A stretch of DNA of 64,000 nt from Candidatus Levybacteria bacterium RIFCSPLOWO2_01_FULL_42_15. GTDB taxonomy: Bacteria; Patescibacteriota; Microgenomatia; Levybacterales; UBA12049. Made by a program: the position numbers and the translations under genes. How positions within the stretch are numbered: the first letter of the stretch is position 1; each line of letters opens with the position of its first letter. The notes beneath the pieces are model-generated. The model did no database searches and was not told the origin of the DNA. It saw only the letters and a list, made by a program, of their open reading frames with translations. The stretch lies in assembly GCA_001784055.1 (NCBI GenBank), contig MFOZ01000019.1, positions 18,593-82,592 of the forward strand, in the 5' to 3' direction. Below, in pieces: positions 45,663-54,148 of the stretch.

Positions 45663-47338
45663 TGTGGCGGTTTTACGCTATTGTTGCGGTCTTTTTGCTT
45701 TCTTTTCTTATTGTTATAGCAAGGCTTTTTTACTGGCAGGTTGTTCGCGCGGAAGAACTCTCTCTTTTTGGAGAAGCTCAGTATGAAAGAACTGTTGAGT
45801 TTTCTTCTCAGCGAGGAGAAATTTTTGCCTCTGACGGGTTTCCTCTTGTTGCAAGCACTCTTTCTTATCTTATCTACGCAAATCCTAAAGAGATAAAAGA
45901 TATAAAAAATGTTTCCGAAAAGCTTTCCAATATCCTTGGGACAGAACCATCTTCTGTAAGTGCTATGCTTTCTTTGGATCGTTTTTGGGTACCTGTAGCA
46001 TCATACGTAAGCATAGAGAAGAAAAACAAGATAAAAGAATTGAGCCTACAGGGAGTTGGGTTTGATGATCAATTCAGCAGATTTTATCCGGAAGCGTCTA
46101 TGTCCGCACACCTTACCGGTTTTGTAGGAAAAAACGACATAGGAGAAGATAAGGGGTATTTTGGATTAGAAGGGTATTACGATAGGCAGCTTAAAGGGAA
46201 GACGTTAAAGATAGTCCAAATAAAAGATGCTTATGAGAGACCAATTATTGCAAAAAGGGAGGTGGGTGTTGGAAATACAAAAGGCAGAGCGCTTGTTACG
46301 TCCGTGGATAGGGCTGTTCAGCACCTCGTAGAAGAAAAATTACATGAGGGAATCCAAAAGTACGGAGCAAGCGGCGGAATGATTGGAGTAATTGATCCTA
46401 CAAGCGGCAATATTATTGCCATGGCGTCGTATCCGACTTTTGATCAAAAGACATATCAAAGATACTCGGAGGAGTTCTATAAAAACCCTTTTATATCGGA
46501 TACATACGAGCCGGGTTCAACGTTTAAGACGCTTATTATGGCAGCGGGGCTAGATGCAAAAGTTGTTTTGCCAACAACCCGATGCCCAATATGCGAAGGT
46601 CCGGTGAATATTGGGGGATACACAATAAAAACATGGAACGACAAGTATTATAAAAATGCAACAATGATTGAGGTTCTTCAGCATTCTGATAACACCGGCA
46701 TGGTGTTTGTTGGGCAATCTCTTGGGCTTGAAAAGCTCGTATCATATCTTTCTCTCTTTGGGATTGGGCAGGCAACGGGAATAGATTTGCAAGGAGAGGC
46801 ACCATCAAGCATTCGACCAAAAGAGGAGTGGAGAAAAACGGATCTGGCTACCGCAAGCTTTGGACAAGGGATTTCTCTTACTCCCATACAGCTTTTATCA
46901 GCGTTTGCAAGCATTGCAAATAAAGGAGTGAGGATGAAGCCGCGCATCGTGTCAACAATTCATACATCAGGGGGAGAAAAAATTGAAATTAAGCCAAAAG
47001 TGCTTAGCCGTCCCCTATCGGAAAAAACGGCGAAAATTATGACAGAAATGTTGGTAAATGCGGTGAATAAAGGAGAGGCGGCATACCTTAAGCCTAAAGG
47101 GTATCGAGTTGCGGGAAAAACCGGAACCGCTCAAATTCCAGTAGGGGGAAAATATGATCTGGAGAAAACCATCGCCTCATTCATTGGTTTTGCCCCTGCA
47201 GACGATCCAAAATTTGCTATGCTTGTTATTTTTAACAAGCCAACATCGTCTATCTATGGATCAGAAACCGCAGCCCCCACTTTTTTTGAGATCGCAAAAA
47301 ATTTATTGGCGTACTACAAGATTCAGCCAACCGAATGA
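45662..47338 (+). CDS. ftsI: Class B penicillin-binding protein (FtsI-like)
   Basis: RGEI, RFYP, EPGSTFK (SxxK), SDN, KTGT. Confidence 0.88.
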   Translation: MWRFYAIVAVFLLSFLIVIARLFYWQVVRAEELSLFGEAQYERTVEFSSQRGEIFASDGFPLVASTLSYLIYANPKEIKDIKNVSEKLSNILGTEPSSVSAMLSLDRFWVPVASYVSIEKKNKIKELSLQGVGFDDQFSRFYPEASMSAHLTGFVGKNDIGEDKGYFGLEGYYDRQLKGKTLKIVQIKDAYERPIIAKREVGVGNTKGRALVTSVDRAVQHLVEEKLHEGIQKYGASGGMIGVIDPTSGNIIAMASYPTFDQKTYQRYSEEFYKNPFISDTYEPGSTFKTLIMAAGLDAKVVLPTTRCPICEGPVNIGGYTIKTWNDKYYKNATMIEVLQHSDNTGMVFVGQSLGLEKLVSYLSLFGIGQATGIDLQGEAPSSIRPKEEWRKTDLATASFGQGISLTPIQLLSAFASIANKGVRMKPRIVSTIHTSGGEKIEIKPKVLSRPLSEKTAKIMTEMLVNAVNKGEAAYLKPKGYRVAGKTGTAQIPVGGKYDLEKTIASFIGFAPADDPKFAMLVIFNKPTSSIYGSETAAPTFFEIAKNLLAYYKIQPTE

Positions 47339-47429
47339 CCTACTTATGAAACTTCTTTAATCACAGCTCCTGTCTCGTTATCTTTCATAACCGATAGAGA
47401 AGAGTAGCTAAAAAAGGTATAATACGGGT

Positions 47430-48689
47430 ATGTGGCAAGAGATTAAGAATGTATATCACTTGCTGGTTGCGGTTGCGGCGCAGGTGTGGTTTGGGTTTCC
47501 GTCAAGAAAGCTTAAGGTGATTGGGGTTACCGGAACCGATGGAAAGACAACTACGGTGAACCTGATTTATCATATACTACACACGTGCGGATATTCGGTC
47601 TCCATGATTTCAACCGTTGGAGCAATCATTAACGGAGAAAAAAAAGATCTTGGTTTTCATGTGACAAATCCTTCCTCATGGCAATTAAATTCCTTTATCA
47701 AGAAAGCGGCAGAAAAAAGTAGCTATCTTGTTCTTGAGGTTACATCTCACGGAATAGATCAGCATCGTATTTTTGGCATTCCTTTTGCAATTGGAGTGAT
47801 GACCAACGTTACAAACGAACATCTAGACTATCACAAAACGTATGATCGCTATCTTCAGACAAAAGTAAAATTGTTAAAACGATCCCGTATTGCCATTGTA
47901 AATCAGGATGACGGATCGCATAAAGCGATTATGCTGCTTCTTAAAGATGGAAACCGAATGGATCGAAAAGTAATTACGTATGGGAAGACGAAGTCTCCCA
48001 TGGTGAATCCGCTTGTCTACGCCTTTAAGACAAAATTGATCGGTAATTTTAATCGATCAAACGAGGGAGCTGCAATCGCAACTGTTCTTGCCCTAAACGT
48101 TAAGGAATCTTGCATCAAAGCCGCTTGTGAAAGCTTTGAGGCTCCAATTGGACGACAACAGGTAGTATATGAAGGCGATTTTACCGTAATGATTGATTTT
48201 GCCCACACCCCCAATGCTATTGAAGAGTTTCTACATTCGATCAAACCTGGTGTCAAGGGGAGACTCATTCACGTTTTTGGAAGCGCGGGAGAGCGCGACA
48301 GAAAGAAAAGACCAGAAATGGGAAAGGCATCAGCTAACTATTCGGATGTTATTATCTTAACTGCAGAGGATCCCCGGTCGGAATCGGTTGCAAAAATCAT
48401 AAACGAGATTGAATCAGGAATCGTTAATAATTCAAAATTCCCCGGCCTCGCTCCGCGAAGCCTCGCCAAAGGCGGGCGAAGCGGGACGGGCAAAATTCAA
48501 AGTGCAAAATTGTTCAAAATATCAAACAGACAGGAAGCAATCAATACTGCAATTAAAATAGCGCAAAAGGGAGATTTTGTTCTCGTTACGGGAAAAGGGC
48601 ATGAGAAGTCTATGAACTTTGGACGCGGAGAAATACCGTGGAGTGAATATGACAGCGTAAAAGAAGCACTTGTAGCAAGAAAATTATGA
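47430..48689 (+). CDS. murE: UDP-N-acetylmuramoyl-L-alanyl-D-glutamate--diamino acid ligase
   Basis: GVTGTDGKTTT, LEVTSH, EHLDYH, DFAHTP, FGSAGERD..KR, EDPR, GKGHE. Confidence 0.9.
   Translation: MWQEIKNVYHLLVAVAAQVWFGFPSRKLKVIGVTGTDGKTTTVNLIYHILHTCGYSVSMISTVGAIINGEKKDLGFHVTNPSSWQLNSFIKKAAEKSSYLVLEVTSHGIDQHRIFGIPFAIGVMTNVTNEHLDYHKTYDRYLQTKVKLLKRSRIAIVNQDDGSHKAIMLLLKDGNRMDRKVITYGKTKSPMVNPLVYAFKTKLIGNFNRSNEGAAIATVLALNVKESCIKAACESFEAPIGRQQVVYEGDFTVMIDFAHTPNAIEEFLHSIKPGVKGRLIHVFGSAGERDRKKRPEMGKASANYSDVIILTAEDPRSESVAKIINEIESGIVNNSKFPGLAPRSLAKGGRSGTGKIQSAKLFKISNRQEAINTAIKIAQKGDFVLVTGKGHEKSMNFGRGEIPWSEYDSVKEALVARKL
48429..48511. repeat. 50-bp GC-rich hairpin element (48441-48490) within an AAAATTC heptamer tract, in frame in murE
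   Basis: 44/50 identical to 32386-32435; 28-bp identical core GCGAAGCCTCGCCAAAGGCGGGCGAAGC. Confidence 0.92.
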
Positions 48690-50125
48690 AAAAGAAACAC
48701 ATCCACTTTGTTGGTATAAAAGGAGTGGGACTTGCTCCTCTTGCAATTATCGCTAAGGAAGCAGGATTTATAGTATCCGGATGCGATGTAGATGAGGAGT
48801 TTATTACGGATGAACTACTTAAGCTCTCTCGCATACAACCCATAAAGGGATTCTCCTCATCTCATCTTGGCAATGTGGATATGGTAATAACAACAGGCGC
48901 TCACGGGGGATTTGACAACCCGGAAGTACAAGAAGCAAAAAAAGGAGGAATAAAAGTTCTTACCCATGGAGAAGCGGTAGGGATGTTTATGAAAGGAGAA
49001 CTCTTTGGGAGATTCGATATGACAGGCATTTCCGTTGTTGGGTCTCACGGGAAAACAACCACAACGGCTCTTCTGGCAACAATTTTTTCTCAAAGCGGGC
49101 TTGATCCGAGTTATACCATTGGAACGTCTATTATTCCTTCGATTGGCGCATCAGGGCATTATGGGAATGGTAAATATTTTATAGCAGAGGCAGATGAATA
49201 CGCAACAGAGCCAGCTTATAACAAAACGCCAAAATTGCTTTGGCAGTATCCTTCAATAGCTGTTATTACCAATGTAGACTTTGATCACCCGGACGTTTTC
49301 AAAAATGAGGAAGATATAGCAATGGTGTTTAGGAAGTTTTTAGGAAATATTAAAAGAGATGGTATTCTTGTTCTTTATGGAGATGATCCGTATGCGGCAT
49401 TTTTAAAAAAGTCGTTTCCGGGGAAAACAATTACGTACGGATATTCGCCACAGAATGATTTTGTCTTAAGAAAAGCACGTTTTGGAGACAGGAGGACTTT
49501 TTTCTGGGTTGAGGCTCTGGGAACTAATCTTGGAGAGTTTTGCATTCATGTCATAGGTGAGCATAACGCGCTTAATGCAACGGGAGCAATAGCTGTTTCT
49601 TTAGAAGTAGGAATCGGAATTAATAAAATTAAAAAAGCGCTTATGACCTTTAGCGGATCAAAAAGACGATGTGAATTCATAGGTCAGAGTCGGTTTGGAT
49701 CCATTGTTATAGATGATTACGCTCACCATCCCACAGAGATAAAAAAGACGCTTATCGCTCTAAAAAAGGCATATCCCAAAAAACATATCGTTTGTATTTT
49801 TCAGCCCCATACGTTTTCCAGAACAAAAGCCTTATTTAATAAGTTTACTCATGCCTTTTCCGATGCTGATGAAGTTATCCTCATGGATATTTATCCCTCC
49901 TTGCGGGAAGAGCCCGATCCGGAGATTACGTCACAGTTTCTTGCTAACAAAATGAGTAAAATTCACAAGAGCGTAACATTTCTTTCTAAGGCTTGCGATG
50001 TGATACAATATGTAGCACAAAAAGAAACAGATTCTAGCTCACTTATTGTCACGATGGGGGCAGGTGACATATATAAGATTGCCCAAAAAGTTGCCCAAAA
50101 AAAGCCCTCGGTGTCTTCTCAATGA
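48686..50125 (+). CDS. murC: UDP-N-acetylmuramate--L-alanine ligase
   Basis: HFVGIKGVG, GSHGKTTTT, EADE, DHPD, DDYAHHPTEI, FQPHT, MGAGD. Confidence 0.95.
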   Translation: MKKKHIHFVGIKGVGLAPLAIIAKEAGFIVSGCDVDEEFITDELLKLSRIQPIKGFSSSHLGNVDMVITTGAHGGFDNPEVQEAKKGGIKVLTHGEAVGMFMKGELFGRFDMTGISVVGSHGKTTTTALLATIFSQSGLDPSYTIGTSIIPSIGASGHYGNGKYFIAEADEYATEPAYNKTPKLLWQYPSIAVITNVDFDHPDVFKNEEDIAMVFRKFLGNIKRDGILVLYGDDPYAAFLKKSFPGKTITYGYSPQNDFVLRKARFGDRRTFFWVEALGTNLGEFCIHVIGEHNALNATGAIAVSLEVGIGINKIKKALMTFSGSKRRCEFIGQSRFGSIVIDDYAHHPTEIKKTLIALKKAYPKKHIVCIFQPHTFSRTKALFNKFTHAFSDADEVILMDIYPSLREEPDPEITSQFLANKMSKIHKSVTFLSKACDVIQYVAQKETDSSSLIVTMGAGDIYKIAQKVAQKKPSVSSQ

Positions 50126-50142
50126 AAAGAAATTTATAATAT

Positions 50143-51120
50143 ATGAAAGCTTTTTTAAGTGAATTAAAGAAGATATTAGGAGATAGGGTAAAAGAAAACG
50201 AACCGATGAGCCTGCATACTACCTTTAAGATAGGCGGTCCGGCGCGCTATTATATAGACATAGATTCAATAGAGGGTTTAGTAAAAGTAGTAACATTTGC
50301 AAAAAAAAGAAATCTTCCTGTTTTTATTTTTGGAGGCGGGTCAAATATCATAGTTTCCGATAGGGGAATAGATGGCCTTGTTATAAAAAATAACTGCAGG
50401 AAGTTTGAAATTAGAAGCATTGCAGGAAATGTAAAGGGAGCTGTAGCAAAGAGGAGTACCGTATCTATTTATGCGCAGTCCGGGGTAATTATGAATCAAC
50501 TTGTTCGATACACAATTGATCATGGAATGGGTGGGCTTGAATTCCATCTTGGGTTGCCCGGTACGGTTGGAGGAGCGCTTTTTATGAATTCGAATTTTCC
50601 CAAGAAGCAGTCCTACGTTGGCGATTCGTTGCAAAGCGCGACACTGCTTTGTCCTGATGGCTCAATAAAAGAGATAGACGCTTCCTACTTTAGGTTTTCA
50701 TATGATACCAGTATTCTTCAAAAAACCGGTGAAATTATCCTGTCGGCATTGTTTAAGCTTTCCTCTTGTGAAAAAGACGAATTATGGAGGCGAGGAACAG
50801 AAGCTCTTGATTACCGCTTGAGTACTCAGCCAAAAGGAGCTTCCGCCGGGTGCACGTTTCGCAATATTTCAATATCTGAGGCGTTTTCGATTCCTACACC
50901 AAACAATATAACATCGGCAGGATACCTTATTGACAAAGCAGGATTAAAAGGAAGACGGGTAGGGGATGCTATGGTTTCGCCAAAGCATGCAAATTTTATT
51001 CTTAACATGGGGAACGCAAAGGCGTCCGATGTAGTTGAGCTTACAAAATGCATTAAGGAAGAAGTATTTAAGAAGTTTAGTGTAAGTCTCATGTTTGAAG
51101 TACGGGTAATAGAATCTTAA
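50143..51120 (+). CDS. murB: UDP-N-acetylenolpyruvoylglucosamine reductase
   Basis: HTTFKIGGPA, GGGSN, GLPGTVGGA, SAGCTFRN, KHANF. Confidence 0.95.
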   Translation: MKAFLSELKKILGDRVKENEPMSLHTTFKIGGPARYYIDIDSIEGLVKVVTFAKKRNLPVFIFGGGSNIIVSDRGIDGLVIKNNCRKFEIRSIAGNVKGAVAKRSTVSIYAQSGVIMNQLVRYTIDHGMGGLEFHLGLPGTVGGALFMNSNFPKKQSYVGDSLQSATLLCPDGSIKEIDASYFRFSYDTSILQKTGEIILSALFKLSSCEKDELWRRGTEALDYRLSTQPKGASAGCTFRNISISEAFSIPTPNNITSAGYLIDKAGLKGRRVGDAMVSPKHANFILNMGNAKASDVVELTKCIKEEVFKKFSVSLMFEVRVIES

Positions 51121-51121
51121 T

Positions 51122-52459
51122 ATGGATAAATTTATTGTAAAAGGAGGAAAAGCGTTAGGAGGAGAAGTTGTTGTTTCCGGAGCAAAAAATGTTGCCCTTA
51201 AAACGCTTGTTGCGGCGTGTTTAACAGAAGAAGAAGTGGTAATAGAGAATGTTCCGCTTATCTCAGATTTTTTTGTAATGGTGGATTTGATTAAAGAACT
51301 TGGGGGAACGGTGGCCGTTGAGGACCATACTGCGCGTATAAAGGTTCCTCATATCGTATCTTCCAAGATATCCCTGGATAAAGCAGCAGAAGTAAGAACC
51401 TCGTCCATGTTCTTAGCGCCTCTTCTTGCGCGGCTTGGTAGAGCATCTATTCCTAACCCGGGGGGATGCAGAATAGGAGCACGGCCAATAGATCGAACCG
51501 TTGAGGGCATTAAAGCGTTAGGAGCAGATATTGCATATGAGAGTGGAGATGGATACTTTCACGCAAAGATAAAATCTGGTGCGAGACTTAAAGGAGTTTC
51601 TTATCGATTCGAAAAAAGTTCCCATACGGCAACAGAAACGCTTATGATTGCTTCTTCGTGTGCTTATGGGAAAACGGTTCTTGAAAATGCAGCGCAAGAG
51701 CCGGAGATTGACGAACTCATAGCTCTTTTAAACGCGATGGGTGCTCATATTCGCAGAATTTCTCCCAGAACAATTGAGATTATTGGAGTGAATAAGCTTC
51801 ATGGAGCGCGCTTTCGAATAGGTCCTGACAGAAACGAAGTGGTTACTTTTGCAATTGCCGCATACATCACCCAAGGAAATATTTTAGTAAGAGAAGCAAA
51901 AGCGTCTTACATACAAGAATTTCTTGATTTACTACAAGAGGCAGGCGCAGAATTTAAAGAAGAAAAAAATGGAATGCGTTTCTTTTCTAACGGTTCTCTT
52001 AAAGCGACAAGCATTATTACTTGTTCTTACCCTGGTTTCATGACTGATTGGCAAGGACCATGGGCAGTTCTCATGGCAAAAGCACAAGGAGAGTCAATAA
52101 TTCATGAGACGATATATGAAAACAGATTTGGATATGTGAGTGAATTGTTAAAAATGGGAGCAAGAATTGATCTGTTTACTCCTTCCGTCAGAAACCCAAG
52201 AGCGTTTTACAATTTTACTCTTCCTCAAAAACATGATCCTTACCACCACGCCATAAAAATTTATGGCCCGGCAAAATTACATAATGCGGCTGTACAGATT
52301 TCGGATTTACGAGCGGGAGCAACTCTTGTGCTTGCTGCTCTTGCCGCCTCAGGAGAAAGTGTTATATTTGGAGCCCATCACATTGATCGCGGGTACGAGC
52401 GATTTGAAGAAAGACTGCAAAGCGTTGGAGCGGATATCAAAAGAATGGTCGATGAATAA
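51122..52459 (+). CDS. murA: UDP-N-acetylglucosamine 1-carboxyvinyltransferase
   Basis: SGAKN, PGGCRIGARP, PDR, YPGFMTD, ENRF, DLRAG, IDRGY. Confidence 0.95.
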   Translation: MDKFIVKGGKALGGEVVVSGAKNVALKTLVAACLTEEEVVIENVPLISDFFVMVDLIKELGGTVAVEDHTARIKVPHIVSSKISLDKAAEVRTSSMFLAPLLARLGRASIPNPGGCRIGARPIDRTVEGIKALGADIAYESGDGYFHAKIKSGARLKGVSYRFEKSSHTATETLMIASSCAYGKTVLENAAQEPEIDELIALLNAMGAHIRRISPRTIEIIGVNKLHGARFRIGPDRNEVVTFAIAAYITQGNILVREAKASYIQEFLDLLQEAGAEFKEEKNGMRFFSNGSLKATSIITCSYPGFMTDWQGPWAVLMAKAQGESIIHETIYENRFGYVSELLKMGARIDLFTPSVRNPRAFYNFTLPQKHDPYHHAIKIYGPAKLHNAAVQISDLRAGATLVLAALAASGESVIFGAHHIDRGYERFEERLQSVGADIKRMVDE

Positions 52460-53216
52460 TATGAAAAGAGAAAGAAAAATTGGCGCCATAATTTTAGCGG
52501 CTGGGAAAGGCAAAAGAATGAAAATGCGACAGATTAACAAAGTAGCAATTCATATTGCGAATAAACCCATGGTTCTGCATACGGTACATATGTTGGAAAA
52601 GATAGCACTATCCCCAATTGTCGTTGTTATTGGGTTTGCTAAAGAATCAGTTATGAAGGCTCTTGCGGGAACATCGGTAATCTTTGCCGAGCAGAAAAAA
52701 CGATTAGGAACCGGTCGCGCAGCTCTTTGTGGATTGACTAAGCTCCCCAAAGATGTAGCTGATGTTCTAATTCTCAATGGTGATGATTCTGCGTTTTATA
52801 CCCCAAAGATCATAAAAGAGTTATACCAGAGACATCTCTTCTCTCAAGCGGCAATTACATTTCTTACGATTCAACTTGATAATCCCTTTGGACTTGGGAG
52901 AGTAATAAGAAATGAAAAAGGGAGTGTTGTTGCAATTGTTGAAGAAAAAGACGCAACAAGAGAAGAAAGAAAGATTAAAGAAATTAATCCGGCATGCTAC
53001 ATTTTTCGATCTGATTTTTTAAGAAACTTTATTAAACGAATTCCAAAAAGCTCGGTGACAGGGGAATATTATTTAGTGAGCTTAATAGAAATTGCTTTCA
53101 AGAACAATAAGAAAATAGAAACGCTTATAAAGAATTCCATCCTATGGAGAGGGGTCAATACGAGAGAAGAGCTTGCTTTGGCAGAACAACTCCTGCATCA
53201 AGTGAAGTCAATATGA
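52452..53216 (+). CDS. GlmU-like uridylyltransferase, N-terminal domain only
   Basis: ILAAGKGKRM, Q..RLGTG, LNGD, GLGRVIR, IVEEKDA, EIN, GEYYL, GVNT; stops before the beta-helix acetyltransferase domain. Confidence 0.85.
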   Translation: MNNMKRERKIGAIILAAGKGKRMKMRQINKVAIHIANKPMVLHTVHMLEKIALSPIVVVIGFAKESVMKALAGTSVIFAEQKKRLGTGRAALCGLTKLPKDVADVLILNGDDSAFYTPKIIKELYQRHLFSQAAITFLTIQLDNPFGLGRVIRNEKGSVVAIVEEKDATREERKIKEINPACYIFRSDFLRNFIKRIPKSSVTGEYYLVSLIEIAFKNNKKIETLIKNSILWRGVNTREELALAEQLLHQVKSI

Positions 53217-53656
53217 AACAACAGATTTACATCGAACAACTTAAAAAATACTCTTTAGATGCAGTCACCGCTTTAAATAGTTTACTCATGCAATTAAACA
53301 ATCGCGCAACACCACTTACCAAAAGCGCCATTAGGGAGATGATGGACTCACCGGCAACTCGATTATTTGTAGCGAGAAGATTAGACAATAACCAAATAAT
53401 TGGCATATTGGCCATGATTGTATATCGCATCCCATACACAAAAAAAGGGTTGCTTGAAGATTTTGTAGTTGATGAAAAATATAGAAGATGCGGCATTGGT
53501 ACAAAGCTTGTTAAATTCGCTATTGATAAAGCGCAAAAAGAAGAACTTGCCTATCTTGATTTTACTTCTCGTCCAACAAGAGAAGCCGCAAGCAAGCTAT
53601 ATCAACGCCTTGGTTTTAAGAAACGAGATACCAATGTTTACCGAATAGGGCTATAG
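53213..53656 (+). CDS. GNAT acetyltransferase (GNA1-like)
   Basis: LEDFVVDEKYRRCGIGTKL, LYQRLGF; overlaps glmU-N stop by 4 nt. Confidence 0.85.
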   Translation: MKQQIYIEQLKKYSLDAVTALNSLLMQLNNRATPLTKSAIREMMDSPATRLFVARRLDNNQIIGILAMIVYRIPYTKKGLLEDFVVDEKYRRCGIGTKLVKFAIDKAQKEELAYLDFTSRPTREAASKLYQRLGFKKRDTNVYRIGL

Positions 53657-53657
53657 T

Positions 53658-54134
53658 ATGCAGTTGAAAAATAAAGTCATTCTTTTTGACATAGATTATA
53701 CGCTGTTTAATACAGACATCTTTAAAGAGACAAAATTGCAAAAGTACTCACTTTACGAAGAAGTTAAAGAGGCGCTTAATAATCTTTCAAAGATTGCTCG
53801 GCTTGGTATTTTTTCAGAAGGAGAAATTAGACTTCAAAAGACAAAATTGGAGAGCACAAATATCGCGGATTATTTTCAAAATGATTTAGTTCATATAATG
53901 ACTAGAAAGGATGATGAAATGGAAGATATAATTACTAGATACACGGACACAGCGCTGTTTCTTGTTGATGACAAGATAGATATTTTATATAAGACAAAGA
54001 AGCTTTTTCCTTCTGTTTTTACCGTTTGGATAAAAAGGGGAAAGTATGCAAAGTCACAGAAGCCTATTGATGGGTTTGAGCCTGATGCTATAATAAAAAC
54101 TTTGCAAGAAGTTATTCCTGTTGTTTCTACCTGA
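53658..54134 (+). CDS. Small HAD-superfamily protein
   Basis: LFDIDYTL, FSEG, VDDK. Confidence 0.7.
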   Translation: MQLKNKVILFDIDYTLFNTDIFKETKLQKYSLYEEVKEALNNLSKIARLGIFSEGEIRLQKTKLESTNIADYFQNDLVHIMTRKDDEMEDIITRYTDTALFLVDDKIDILYKTKKLFPSVFTVWIKRGKYAKSQKPIDGFEPDAIIKTLQEVIPVVST

Positions 54135-54148
54135 TACTATTTTTTACT

